Below, piece by piece: positions 38,257 to 48,693 of a stretch of DNA of 64,000 bases. Each line of letters opens with the position of its first letter. Position 1 is the stretch's first letter. The position numbers and the translations under genes are program-made. The notes beneath the pieces are model-generated. The model was given only the letters and a program-made list of their open reading frames with translations. It made no database searches and had not been told where the DNA came from. Location of the stretch: the NCBI GenBank assembly GCA_963705305.1, contig OY970067.1, positions 5,152,001 to 5,216,000 of the forward strand. The letters are read 5' to 3'. Source of the DNA: an uncultured Methylomirabilota bacterium (lineage in GTDB: Bacteria; Methylomirabilota; Methylomirabilia; Methylomirabilales; 2-02-FULL-66-22).

Positions 38257-39747
38257 ATGGAAGCAAAGCGAACACCGGCAGACCCGGCAAAGAAAGCGGC
38301 TGATTCCTGGTGCAGGCGCTATGGGCTCGTGCTCGCCTGTATCACCGGCCTGGCAATCTGGCTCCTTCCCCTGTCCGGCATCAACCCGACACAGCACAAG
38401 CTCTTATCCATCTTCGGCGGCGCCATCGTGCTCTGGGTGACCCTTGGCGTGAGTTTCGCCGTCAGCATCTTCTTCATCACCTGCCTGCTCTATTTCTGGG
38501 TCGGCAATGTCACCGGGCAGATGAAGGGCGGCGCCTTGGTCCGCAGCACCGATTTCGCGCTGTCCGGATTCTCCGCCGCCAACCTCTGGCTGATCGTGAC
38601 CGGGTTCGTCATCTGTATTGCCATGACCAAGACGGGCGTCGCCAAGCGCCTTCTGCTCCACATCGTCCGGGCCTTGGGCCGGCGTCCGTTCGGCGCCATC
38701 ATGGCCGCCTCGCTGACCAATTACGTGATTGCACCCTTCACGCCGAGCAACACCGCCCGGGCGCTGGCGATGGTTCCGGTCGTCGAGGGAATCGCGGAAT
38801 CGTACCAGGTCACCCCGGGGGAAAGTAATTTCGGCCGATCCTTGGCGCTGTCCATGGCTCTGGCAAACAACATCACGGGGTCGGCCTTCCTGACCGGAAC
38901 CATCCCGAACGTGATGTTCATCAGCGCGATCGTCGGGGCGGTGGGGGCCTCGGCGTACACGAGCTGGAGCTACTGGACGCTTGCCGCGGCGCCGACGAAT
39001 CTCCTGCTTCTCTTTTTCACGGGATGGTTTCTGCTCAAGATGTTTCCTCCCGAGATGGCGGAGATTCGCGGGGGGTTGACGCGGGTGCAGGACGACCTGA
39101 ACGCGATGGGGCCGATGTCAGGTGCGGAGAAGAAAGCAATCGGCTATTTCTTGATCGCGGTCCTGCTGTGGGCCACGGACAGATGGCATGGCCTGAACGC
39201 GACCATGATCGCCTTCGTGGTGTCCTCCCTGATCTTCATGCCTTGGGCCGGGGTGCTGGAGTGGAAGGACACCCAGAATTCCCTCCCGTGGGAGCTGGTC
39301 ATATACGTGGGGGGCGTGACGACCCTGAGCACGGCGCTCTCCCAGTCCAAGGCCGTGGATGTGGTGTTCAAGAGCCTCTTCGCTTCCCTGGGGCTGCAGC
39401 GGATCTCGGAATTCACGCTCCTGATCCTGCTGATCGGCTTTACGATCTTCAGCCACGTGTTCTGGTCGACGACCACGTCCATGACGGGCGTCATGGCGCC
39501 GATCTATGTCAGCGTCGCCCAGTCGATGGGCTTCGACGTCGCCAAATTCTGTCTGCCGCTGGCCATCATGATGGCGTATGCCCTCTTCTTCCCGTTCAAC
39601 ACCAACGGCAACATCATCTTGCTGGGGACCGGGTACTTCACCCCCAACGATCTGCTCAAGTCATCGGCGCCGATCGGGATCGTCATCTGGATTGCCTGGA
39701 TCATCACGGCGCTGACGTGGTGGCGATTCATCGGGTTGATCCCCTGA
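38257..39747 (+). CDS. DASS/SLC13 anion:sodium symporter
   Basis: PSNTAR, FLTG..PN, EKKA, LLWATD, WELV; about 12 TM segments. Confidence 0.9.
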   Translation: MEAKRTPADPAKKAADSWCRRYGLVLACITGLAIWLLPLSGINPTQHKLLSIFGGAIVLWVTLGVSFAVSIFFITCLLYFWVGNVTGQMKGGALVRSTDFALSGFSAANLWLIVTGFVICIAMTKTGVAKRLLLHIVRALGRRPFGAIMAASLTNYVIAPFTPSNTARALAMVPVVEGIAESYQVTPGESNFGRSLALSMALANNITGSAFLTGTIPNVMFISAIVGAVGASAYTSWSYWTLAAAPTNLLLLFFTGWFLLKMFPPEMAEIRGGLTRVQDDLNAMGPMSGAEKKAIGYFLIAVLLWATDRWHGLNATMIAFVVSSLIFMPWAGVLEWKDTQNSLPWELVIYVGGVTTLSTALSQSKAVDVVFKSLFASLGLQRISEFTLLILLIGFTIFSHVFWSTTTSMTGVMAPIYVSVAQSMGFDVAKFCLPLAIMMAYALFFPFNTNGNIILLGTGYFTPNDLLKSSAPIGIVIWIAWIITALTWWRFIGLIP

Positions 39748-39829
39748 GCCTCGCCATCCGATCATCGTCCGGGCAGCGCGCGACACCCCAGGGCGCGGGG
39801 ACGCCGCGTGCCGCTCGGCGCGGAAGGGA

Positions 39830-41083
39830 TCACGGGCCGCTGCCGCCGGCCTCCCGATACACTGCCAGGGCGGCATCCACCGCCGCCCCGCGCGGCAGAG
39901 GGAACCGCTCAGCCGCCAGCGCGGCCTCCAGCGCGGCCAGCGTGACGACGACGGCATCCTTCCGGGCGTTGTATCCCATCGTCCCGATTCGCCAAATTCT
40001 TCCCGCCAGGGGACCGAAGGCGCTTCCGATCTCGACGCCGAAGTCCGCGAGCATGCTCGCGCGCACCCGATCGCCCGCCACCCCCGCCGGGACGCACACC
40101 CCGGTGACATTCGGCATCTTGTGGCGCCGGTCGCCGAAGATCGTGAGTCCCATGGCCTCGAGGCCGGCCGTCAGGGCCCGGCCGGCCAGGGCATGCCGGG
40201 CGAACACGCGCTCCGGCCCTTCGGCCAGGAAGATCCGGGCGCACTCCCGGGCGGCGTACAGCATGGACGTGGCCTCGGTGTGGTGATTGGTGCCCTTGTC
40301 GCTCCAGTAGTCCAGGATCATGGGCAGGTCGAAGTAGTTCGACCGGATCACCGCGGTGGCGGGGGGCTGATAGCCCGCCGGGCGGAGCCCCTCCTCCAGG
40401 TGATGCCGCCGGAATATGAGGTCGGCCAGCCGAGCCGAGATCGTGATGGGGGCCGCGCCGGGCGGACCGGCGAAGCATTTCTGCAGCCCGCTCGTGGCGC
40501 AATCGATCCCCCAGGCATCCACCGGCAGGGGGGTCCCCCCGAACGAGGCCGTGGCATCCACCAGGAGCAGCACCCCGTGCCTTCGGCAGATCATGCCGAT
40601 GTCCTCGAGCGGCTGCAGCATCGCGGTCGAGGTTTCGCCGTGGCAGAGGGCCAGCAAACGAGGACGGTGCTCGAGAATCGCGGCCTCAATCTGTGCCGGG
40701 TCCAAGACCGTCCCCCAGGGGGCGTCGACGGTCCGCAGATCCGCACCGATTCGCCGGGCGATCTCGATCTGGAGCTGGCCAAAGCGGCCGAAGTTGCCGA
40801 CGAGCACCCGCTCCCCCGGCTCGATCGCACTGACCAGGCCCGCCTCGACGGCCGACCGCGCCGTTCCGTCCAGCACCAGGGTCCACTCGTTCGCGGTCTC
40901 GAAGACCTGTCGATACAAGCCCATGGTCTCCCGCATGTACGCGCGGAACTGGGGATCGAACTGTCCCAGGAGACCCGCCGACATGGCACGCAAGACGCGG
41001 GGGTCTGCATTGACGGGACCGGGGCCCATGAGCAGCCGGGGCGCAGGGTTGATCTCGGCGGGTATCGGTGCTTTCGTTGCCAT
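39830..41083 (-). CDS. pucG: PucG-like (S)-ureidoglycine/alanine-glyoxylate aminotransferase (class V PLP)
   Basis: RLLMGPGP, GQFDP, DGTARS, GLQKC, IRSNYFDL, NHHTEATSMLYAARECAR, WRIGTMGYNAR. Confidence 0.85.
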   Translation of the reverse strand: MATKAPIPAEINPAPRLLMGPGPVNADPRVLRAMSAGLLGQFDPQFRAYMRETMGLYRQVFETANEWTLVLDGTARSAVEAGLVSAIEPGERVLVGNFGRFGQLQIEIARRIGADLRTVDAPWGTVLDPAQIEAAILEHRPRLLALCHGETSTAMLQPLEDIGMICRRHGVLLLVDATASFGGTPLPVDAWGIDCATSGLQKCFAGPPGAAPITISARLADLIFRRHHLEEGLRPAGYQPPATAVIRSNYFDLPMILDYWSDKGTNHHTEATSMLYAARECARIFLAEGPERVFARHALAGRALTAGLEAMGLTIFGDRRHKMPNVTGVCVPAGVAGDRVRASMLADFGVEIGSAFGPLAGRIWRIGTMGYNARKDAVVVTLAALEAALAAERFPLPRGAAVDAALAVYREAGGSGP

Positions 41084-41275
41084 GGTTCTCCCTGTTTCAC
41101 GCCGGGTCGTTGGGTGCGCTGTCCCAGGCTGATGTCCTGAGAGGGGAGGGACCGCATGCGCACACCGGCGAGGCGGTTCCGGAGCCGGGCAGAATCACGG
41201 GGGCGCACTCCGTGCGCCCCCGTTCATCACCGTGATGCCGGCCGCCCCACCTTCAGCGGACGCCGGCTCCCGCGC

Positions 41276-41470
41276 TCATTTTTTTTCCAAATGCTTATCG
41301 ATGTAATACAACCCCGCAATACACAGGAAGGCGACGTAAATCACCGCAGCCATCCAGAAGGCCAGGAAGGGCAGCCCGAGGACTATCGGCTGCACCCGGT
41401 TGACAAAGGGGACCATGCCGATCGCCCACACAAAGGGAATCAGGGTCAGCACAACCTTGAGGGCTTTCAC
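41276..41470 (-). CDS. DUF3311 small membrane protein (SSS accessory)
   Basis: PFVNRVQP.VLGLPF..FW; adjacent to an SSS gene. Confidence 0.85.
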   Translation of the reverse strand: MKALKVVLTLIPFVWAIGMVPFVNRVQPIVLGLPFLAFWMAAVIYVAFLCIAGLYYIDKHLEKK

Positions 41471-41586
41471 GGCTTCACGCTCCTTTCAGAGGATCCAGAC
41501 ACCCCGGCTTGAGACAGTGTCCCTTCGCCTCATCCATCCATCGGCGTGACCGACGATGGCCGTCCACGCCGGTTCCCGCGTCGGCG

Positions 41587-43047
41587 CTACTCTCGGGCCG
41601 TCGCCCTCTCCGGGGAGTACGTCATCAGACTGATGAGCACGAACAAGATAAAGTTGACGGCGAGCGCGAAGAACCCCGCGTTCAAGTGCATGCCAAGGAC
41701 GGGGGTCGGATCCAGCTTGTTCAGCATGAGGTAGAAGACCAGCCCCTCGCCCACAACCAGCCCGATGTAGGCGGCCGGGCGGGTGGCCTTCTTCCAGAAC
41801 AGACCGAGGACGATCAAGGGGAAGAACTGGGTCACCCCCGAGTAGCCGGTGAGCAGCAGGTTGACCAGCATGTTGGGGGCGAAGATCGCGAGCGCGAGGG
41901 CCACGGCGGTCAGCACGAGCACGACGACTTGGGCGAGCTTCCGAAGACTGTCGGGTGCGGCCTGCCGCCCGAGCGTCTTCCCGTAGATGTTCCGGGTGAA
42001 CAGCATCGACGTGGACAGGAGGAGATCGGCGGCGGGGATCATGCAGGCCAGGGCCCCCGCGCCGCCCACCAGCCCCAGGGCCCACCCGGGAAACGTCTTC
42101 CGCACGATTTCCATGAAGGCCATATCCGGGGTCTTGAGCGCAGGCACCAGCACCAGCAGCGCCGTGAACCCGATCAGCATCGGAAAGAGCATGCAGATCT
42201 GGTACAGCGGCAGGAACACGGCATTGTGCCGCAGGACTTCCGGACTCTTGGCGCTGAAGCTGTTGGCCTGGAGGTGGGGCCACATGTAGAACCCCAGGCT
42301 GGTCAACGCCACGGTGGACATCAGCCAGCTCACATCCAGGGTCTTGGTGCCGCCGGGCAAGGCCAGGTATCCGGGCTTGGCGGCATCCAGGGCTCTGAAC
42401 ATGCCGCCCAGGCTGCCGAAGTAATGGATCGGCAGGTAGAGGCCGAAGAAGACGACGGCCACGATCATGACGACGTCCTTGACAATGGCGGTCGTCGCGA
42501 CCCCGCGCAGTCCGCTCAAGTAGACGAACGCGGCCACCATGGCGAACGCGATCAGCATCGCCGGCACCCGCGTGATGGCGCCGGAGGAGCAGGTCTCGAT
42601 GATGAGGCCCAACCCGGTCAACTGGAGCTGCAGGTAGGGAAGCAGGAAGGCCACTCCCACCACGGCCACCAGGATGCCCAACACCTCGCTCTTATAGAGG
42701 TGGGCTACCAGGTCCGGCTGGGTCATCAACTCGTGCTTCCGCCCGATGGGGGACATGGCCGGCAGGACGTAGTAACCGACGACGTACGCCAGGGCTCCAT
42801 AGGCGAGGATGTAGAACGTCGGGCCGCCCCGGGCATACGCCCACCCGCTTCCGCCGAGAAAGGCGAAGGCCGTGTAGATCTCGCCGGCCAGGACGAACCA
42901 GCTCAGTCCTCGGCCGAAGCTCCGTCCCGCGATCGCCCAGCCTTCGAGATTCATGTGCTTGTGCAGCAGACCGGGGATCAGCCCGACGACGGTCGCGCCA
43001 ATCACGAAAAGAAAGATCAGCAGGAGAGGCATCGCTTGAGAACTCAT
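41587..43047 (-). CDS. Sodium:solute symporter (YhjB-like)
   Basis: W.IAGRSFG, AGEIYTAF.FLG.SGW, PYLQLQL.G, SGLRG, WPH. Confidence 0.92.
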   Translation of the reverse strand: MSSQAMPLLLIFLFVIGATVVGLIPGLLHKHMNLEGWAIAGRSFGRGLSWFVLAGEIYTAFAFLGGSGWAYARGGPTFYILAYGALAYVVGYYVLPAMSPIGRKHELMTQPDLVAHLYKSEVLGILVAVVGVAFLLPYLQLQLTGLGLIIETCSSGAITRVPAMLIAFAMVAAFVYLSGLRGVATTAIVKDVVMIVAVVFFGLYLPIHYFGSLGGMFRALDAAKPGYLALPGGTKTLDVSWLMSTVALTSLGFYMWPHLQANSFSAKSPEVLRHNAVFLPLYQICMLFPMLIGFTALLVLVPALKTPDMAFMEIVRKTFPGWALGLVGGAGALACMIPAADLLLSTSMLFTRNIYGKTLGRQAAPDSLRKLAQVVVLVLTAVALALAIFAPNMLVNLLLTGYSGVTQFFPLIVLGLFWKKATRPAAYIGLVVGEGLVFYLMLNKLDPTPVLGMHLNAGFFALAVNFILFVLISLMTYSPERATARE

Positions 43048-43248
43048 CGTGGGTTTCCTTTCGTTAAAGGCCGGTTCACCCATCCACCCGAAACATGACC
43101 GGCAAGGATGCAAAGCCACCCGGCGGCGGCCCCCGGAACCCACCAGGCCCCATGCCGCGGGCGCCGTCTTGGGATCGTCTCCATTGCCCCGTGAACATGA
43201 CCGGCCGCATTCCCCCTCCGCCCGGGCAAGCCGGCACAACGGCGATGG

Positions 43249-44568
43249 CTATTTCGACGCGAGAATCGCGTTGTAGAGGGCCGCAAAGAACTCCGCACCG
43301 TTCGGGATGACTCGCTCGTCCAGGTCGAAGGTCGCGCTGTGGTGGCCGCCGGAGATGGGGGTCCCCAGCAGCGCGAACAGGGCTTTCCCGCCCCGGCTCT
43401 GCACCCGCTCCATCATCACCGTCACGTCCTCGGACGCATTGAAGGCCGCCTCCGGCACGACCTCCGTGACCGACGGCAGCGTCGCGGCGACCCGGCCCCC
43501 CAGTTCCACGAGCTCGGCCGAGTTGCGCGCGCTCAGCCCGGTGGCGGCCGGCTTGATCTCCAGCCCGAGGTCATACATCCGCGCCGCGCCCTCCAGCACC
43601 TCGCGCGCCCGCGCGACCATGTACGCATTGATCTCGTTCGTCACCCCTCGGGTCTCCATCCGGAAGGAGGCCCTGTCGGGGATGACGTTCCAGGTCGTGC
43701 CCGCCTGGAACACGCCCACATTGACGCGCGACGCCCCCAGGCCGTGCCGGGCGATGGCGTACAGGTTGGTCACCGCCGCGCAGGCCCCCAGCAGGGCGTT
43801 CTTGCCTTCATCCGGCCGGAGACCCGCATGGGTCGCCCGCCCCGTGTAGGCGACCTCGAAGCGGGACATAGCCAGAAAGCTGTGGACATTCAAGGCGATC
43901 TGGCCGACGGCTTTGACGCTCAGGCCGACGTGCCCCCCGATCAGGTAGTCGACGTCCTCCAGGTGGCCCCGATCCACCATCGGCTGGGCGCCGCAGCAGG
44001 TCTCCTCGCTCGGCTGAAACAGTAGCTTGACCTTTCCCCGGATCCGCTCCCGGTTCTCCGCGAAGTGGCGAGCCAGCAGCAGACCGATGGCCGTATGGGC
44101 GTCGTGCCCGCACATATGGGCATAGCCGGGATACTTTGAGACGAACCCCTCGCGGGCCGGCCGATGGGACGGCTCGCTGGACTCGAGCACCTCGTTCGAG
44201 TCGATGTCGAACCGGAAGGCCACGGTCGGACCCGGGGACGGCCCCTCGAGCAGTCCGACCACGCCGGTGAGGCCTGCTCGGGCTGGGGCGAGGAACTTCT
44301 CCTTGGCCCCGTCTCGGAGCGCCCGGTCATACTCGGCCTGCAACTGGTCGGGGCTCGGCGGGAGCAGTTGCCCCTGGGGGGAGATCACGTCCCGGCCCTG
44401 GAGCACTTGGTACCCCCAGTCCGACAGCTTCTCGGCCACCAGCCCCGTGGCGTAGAATTCGAGCCAGGAAGGCTGCGGGTGCTGGTGCAGGTCGCGGCGC
44501 CACGCGATGGCGTCCCGGCCGTGTGCCGCGATGGCCTGCTCGGGGGAATGATCGGTACAGGGTTTCAT
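43249..44568 (-). CDS. M20D amidohydrolase, AbgA-like
   Basis: WRRDLH.HP..SW.EF, AFRFDID, HMCGHDAH, FQPSEE, GKNAL, SRVNVG, ETRG, SED, GHH...FD.DE. Confidence 0.88.
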   Translation of the reverse strand: MKPCTDHSPEQAIAAHGRDAIAWRRDLHQHPQPSWLEFYATGLVAEKLSDWGYQVLQGRDVISPQGQLLPPSPDQLQAEYDRALRDGAKEKFLAPARAGLTGVVGLLEGPSPGPTVAFRFDIDSNEVLESSEPSHRPAREGFVSKYPGYAHMCGHDAHTAIGLLLARHFAENRERIRGKVKLLFQPSEETCCGAQPMVDRGHLEDVDYLIGGHVGLSVKAVGQIALNVHSFLAMSRFEVAYTGRATHAGLRPDEGKNALLGACAAVTNLYAIARHGLGASRVNVGVFQAGTTWNVIPDRASFRMETRGVTNEINAYMVARAREVLEGAARMYDLGLEIKPAATGLSARNSAELVELGGRVAATLPSVTEVVPEAAFNASEDVTVMMERVQSRGGKALFALLGTPISGGHHSATFDLDERVIPNGAEFFAALYNAILASK

Positions 44569-45293
44569 CGAACCGCCCTCGCTTTCACAGGTGGATTATC
44601 GGCCCAGGGCCGAGGCACAGAAGGAATCTGACAGATGCACAGCCACCCGTTCCTCCCTCCGCGAGACCCCTTGACGTATCCCGCGCGAGCCGGCGCGGGG
44701 ACCGATCTGAGACCGGAATGTCCGGCGCACGTGGGCCCGGCTACGCCGGACCCCGCGGCGGGGCGTCGGGTCCGCCGGCATGACCGGAGATGTGCACCCG
44801 CGGCAGACAAAGGCTTTGCACGGGCAGCAGGGGCCCGGGAGGTGGACGGGAAGCAACCGAATGGTTCAAGGAGGGAAAACCGACGAACGCCGAGTTCGCC
44901 ACCCAGCGCGCAGGCAGGAGGAGTCGTTGGGGCTGTACCGGAGTCGTATCGGCAGTCGCCGCACCATCGGCGAGCAGCGCCTTCCGACACTTCCCTTGAG
45001 TACGGAGGAGTCCGAGAGCAAAATGCGCAACCAGCCAGAGGAACGCCGGCATCACCGCGTTTCGCCAAACCGGCAGCCGGAACGTCTCCACCCTGGCACC
45101 CCCCCTACCGGGCCGACGCCGACTCACAGATCCTGGCGGGGCACGGTAGGCTGAACGGTCGCCCCTGTCAAGCCGGGGGAAGCGAGGTTGTCCTGTGAGG
45201 GATACAACGGCGAACTTGCTCCGCCGCCAGATCCTGGAAGCAGGGACCAGCGACCCCTGGGTCCCTCGGGATTACCATGACCAACCCACAGGA

Positions 45294-46073
45294 CTACGCC
45301 GTCGGCCAGGGATTCCCCGCAAGGAACCCGCCGTCCACCGGAATCGTCTGGCCGGTGAGGTAATCCGAGGCACTACTAGCCAGGAATACGGCGAGCCCGG
45401 CCACGTCCCGCGGCGTTCCGAACTTCCCCTGCGGGACGTGCTCTTGGACCCAGCGAATGCGCTCCGGCCCCATCTGGGCGGTCATGGGAGTGGTGATCCA
45501 TCCAGGGGCAATCGCGTTCACCTGGATGTTGTGCGGGGCCCATTCCAGCGCAAGGGCTTTGGTGAGGCTTACGATGCCCGCCTTGCTGATCCCGTACGGA
45601 GATATGCGATGAAAACCGCGGTAGGCCGTCATGGAGGCAATGTTGATGACTTTGCCGTGCTGTCGCTCGACCATATGCTTTCCAACGGCCTGGCAGAGGA
45701 AGTAGGCGCTGCGCAGGTTGGTATTGATCACCTCTTCCCAGCCCGCCACTGTCGCTTCGAGGACCGTCATGCGACGCTGGATGCCTGCGCAATTGACAAG
45801 AATGTCAATGTGTCCGAAGGCGTCCACAACCTGCCGGACTGCATCGGAGAGGCCTGCCATGTTTGCAATATCGTAGGGGACCGCCAGGGCCCTCCGATCC
45901 CCCGCTCGGATCCGTCCTGCAACTCGCTCCAGGTCGTCTCGGGTCCGTGCCATGAGTGCCACATCTGCGCCTGCCTCGCCCAGCCCAAGGGCGATTCCCT
46001 CGCCTATCCCCCTCCCCGCTCCCGTCACCAGCGCTACCCGACCCTCCAGCCGGAAGCTGTCGATGATGTTCAT
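45294..46073 (-). CDS. SDR oxidoreductase (KduD/gluconate 5-dehydrogenase-like)
   Basis: TGAGRGIG, AGIQRR, YGISK (YxxxK), LALEWA, NAIAPG, VDGG. Confidence 0.9.
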   Translation of the reverse strand: MNIIDSFRLEGRVALVTGAGRGIGEGIALGLGEAGADVALMARTRDDLERVAGRIRAGDRRALAVPYDIANMAGLSDAVRQVVDAFGHIDILVNCAGIQRRMTVLEATVAGWEEVINTNLRSAYFLCQAVGKHMVERQHGKVINIASMTAYRGFHRISPYGISKAGIVSLTKALALEWAPHNIQVNAIAPGWITTPMTAQMGPERIRWVQEHVPQGKFGTPRDVAGLAVFLASSASDYLTGQTIPVDGGFLAGNPWPTA

Positions 46074-46207
46074 CCCACCCTCATATGGCGGACACCAGGT
46101 CCGGACGGTGCTCGCTTCCCCTGTTTCTAATCACGTGGGAATCGGCCCGATTGAAATTGACCGGCCGGGCCGGGGCATCGGCCCGCCCCGGCCGGTCTCA
46201 TACTTCC

Positions 46208-47177
46208 TCAGAATGGCCAGTGAAGGCTGTAGATGCTCCGCCCCCCCGGGGCCAAGGGCCCCTTGATTACGGCCTCGATCTCTTCTTTGGGCCGCATCGT
46301 GATCTCTCCGATGGGCGGGAGCTTGCCGGGCGGGAATGCCGTGCGAATATCTTCCAACAGCCTGACCATGTAGTCCAAGAGGGCCCGCACTCCCGGATAC
46401 GCCTTTTCGGCGGTCGCCTTGGTGGCTTTGCCCACCACGCCAGGCTGATAGGCGGCAACCTCCATGGGCGTGCAGCCGACTTGGCCGTACCAGGCGATGG
46501 GTCGGTGCAGGAGGTTTCCGGCCTTGTCAAGGTGTCCCTCAGGGAGGTAGCCACGCAGCTCCGTATCGACGGCCTCCTTCATGTCAATGAATTCGGGGAA
46601 CAGGGCCAGCGACCAGGAGGTTTCCACTTCGTCCGCGTGGATGAACGACGTTCTCGTAGGGGCCGCCGTCCTTCTGCGTCTTGAAGTGCTCCTGAACGGC
46701 ATGGTACCAGTTCAAATTGATGAAGACCCCCGGCACCTGAAAAGTCTTTGCAAACTGGTGGATGGCTGTGGGGATGACGTACTCCTGCCCGTGGCCGTTG
46801 AGCAGGATCTGCTTGCGGAAGCCCATGTTCCAGAGGCCAACCATGATTGCCTTGAGGTAGCCGACGAACGTCTCCTCTGGCACGATGACGGTTCCTGGCA
46901 TACCCATATGGTGGTAGGGATGGGAGCCATACCACATCGGCTGGGCCACCGTGCAACCGGTTTGCTGGGCCACCAGCTCCGCCATGCGCGTCACCAGGAA
47001 GGTGTCCTCTCCGATACAGGCGTGGGGGCCATGCGCCTCGGTGGAGCCGACTGGCACGATGATGATATCGTTCTGCTTGAGTCGTGCTTCGATCTGCTTC
47101 CAGGTCATGGTCTGGAGGTAGATCTGATCCGCTGATTCCATGTGGCCGCCGTTCGGCGGCAATGTCCAGTCACCCAT
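46208..47177 (-). CDS. iolN: Creatininase-family 3-dehydro-scyllo-inosose hydrolase IolN (1-nt frameshift near 46651)
   Basis: PVGSTEAHG, GEDTFLVTRMAE, HPYHH.GMPGT, NGHGQE; next frame FIHADEVETSWSLALFPE, DKAGNLLHRPIAWY. Closely resembles Thermotoga IolN as I recall it; removing one base gives GGPYETSFIHADE. Confidence 0.8.
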
Positions 47178-47410
47178 GAAAGGCCTCCTTATCAACCTGC
47201 CGTACGGCCTCCGATGGGCCAGATGCCGACGGCCGGTCAGAACGATAACACCCGGAAACCTGTCGGGCCCGTGGCAGCGCGCACAAGAACTGGACGTCTG
47301 CAGTAAACCCGACGCACCTACGTTGGACTTTAGCCTCGAGAACGTCTACAGTTCAGCACCCGAGGGTGCCGCAACGCAGAATCCGCACCCATGTCTTGCG
47401 CGGCCACTAC

Positions 47411-47603
47411 CCGCTACACAAAGGTGTTGAAGATTCGTTTGTCAATAGGCGCGATTCCCCCGTGGTTACAGCGCATTCCGTCCTTTTCGGATTGGGCTGG
47501 CATCGAGGAAGATTTCCTCCCCGACAAGGCGTTCCGATTCGGTCAACCAATTCATGCTGTTACTAGCGAAACGCCGACCGTTATCAACACCTTTGTGTAA
47601 CGG
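47411..47603. repeat. 20-bp inverted repeat pair (candidate operator sites)
   Basis: ccgctacacaaaggtgttga (47411-47430) and tcaacacctttgtgtaacgg (47584-47603), 19/20 inverted match. Confidence 0.8.
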
Positions 47604-47672
47604 CTAGGCGCGGCCATGGCTCTGGGTAGACTGTTCAGTGGCAGTCCCCCACCGCTCATTGCCTGGATGGCC

Positions 47673-48650
47673 TCAATCCGCCTTAATCCCGAACTTCTTT
47701 AGCTTCTCGATCTTCGCCTTCTCAAAGGCGGCGGCGTTTTCTTTGGTGATAACAGACGCCATGCCTGAGCCGACCTTCGTCTCTTTGGGCGGCTTCTCGC
47801 CCTTGAGGAGGAATTTGGCCGTCAGGTCCACGCCGACGAAGCCCTGATCAAAACCATTGGAGTCCACCGTACCGGCCAGCTCACCGTCCTGGATTGCCTG
47901 GAGCGCCTCGGGAATGCCGTCGATGCCGGCCACGAGAATCTTCCGCCGAGCGTCCTTAATGGCCTCCTTGGCGCCCAGGGACATGGCGTCGTTCGCGCAA
48001 AGGACCATGTCGATTTTCGGAAACCGAGTCAGGAGGTCCTCCATGACCTTCATGGCCTCCTCCCGGTTGTACTTCGCCGTGGTCGAGGCCAGAACCTTGA
48101 TGCCGGGGGCTTTCTTGAGGACTTCCTGAATCCCCTGCAGGCGTTCGATTGCCGAGGAGGCGCCGGTCGTCCCCTCGAGGATGACCAGGTTCCCCTTCCC
48201 CTTCAGGGTGTCCACTGCATACTGCCCGAGGATCCGACCCAGGACCAAGTGGTCGACCCCGGCATACCCGATAACCTTCCCGCCGGCCGCAAGGGTGTTA
48301 ACGTTAAAGACCGGAATGTTGGCTTCGTTCGCCCGCTCGATGCCCGACACGATACCGGCACCGTCGATGGGCACGATGACGATGGCATCCACCTTTTTCT
48401 GGATCAAATCCTCCATGATCCGGATTTGGTTGTCGACAGCGTACTTCTCAGGAGCCAGGGTGGTGAGCTGAATGCCGTACTGCTTGGCCGCGGCCTCTCC
48501 GCCCCACTTCATCTCGACAAAAAAGCGATTGGTGAGATCTTTCACCACCAGAGCGACGTGGATGTCTTTGGGGTCCTTGGCGACGGCCCCTCCTGAAAGG
48601 GCTAGAACAGCGGCCAGGGCCATGCTCGTGAGCCATACGAAGCGCTTCAT
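47673..48650 (-). CDS. Sugar ABC transporter substrate-binding protein (RbsB-like)
   Basis: Signal peptide; N.FF, QI..MEDLI, R..G, AND.M.LGA, GIDG. Confidence 0.92.
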   Translation of the reverse strand: MKRFVWLTSMALAAVLALSGGAVAKDPKDIHVALVVKDLTNRFFVEMKWGGEAAAKQYGIQLTTLAPEKYAVDNQIRIMEDLIQKKVDAIVIVPIDGAGIVSGIERANEANIPVFNVNTLAAGGKVIGYAGVDHLVLGRILGQYAVDTLKGKGNLVILEGTTGASSAIERLQGIQEVLKKAPGIKVLASTTAKYNREEAMKVMEDLLTRFPKIDMVLCANDAMSLGAKEAIKDARRKILVAGIDGIPEALQAIQDGELAGTVDSNGFDQGFVGVDLTAKFLLKGEKPPKETKVGSGMASVITKENAAAFEKAKIEKLKKFGIKAD

Positions 48651-48693
48651 GTCTCGTTCCCTCCTCTGGGAATACGGGTAGGAATACCGACAC

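Noticed and set aside
43092..43205. 12-bp direct repeat AACATGACCGGC between the amidohydrolase and SSS genes
   Set aside because: Short, only two copies and no supporting structure; cannot be separated from chance.
44570..45290. 720-bp gap with several short ORFs
   Set aside because: No recognisable motifs, RBS or RNA structure; left unannotated.
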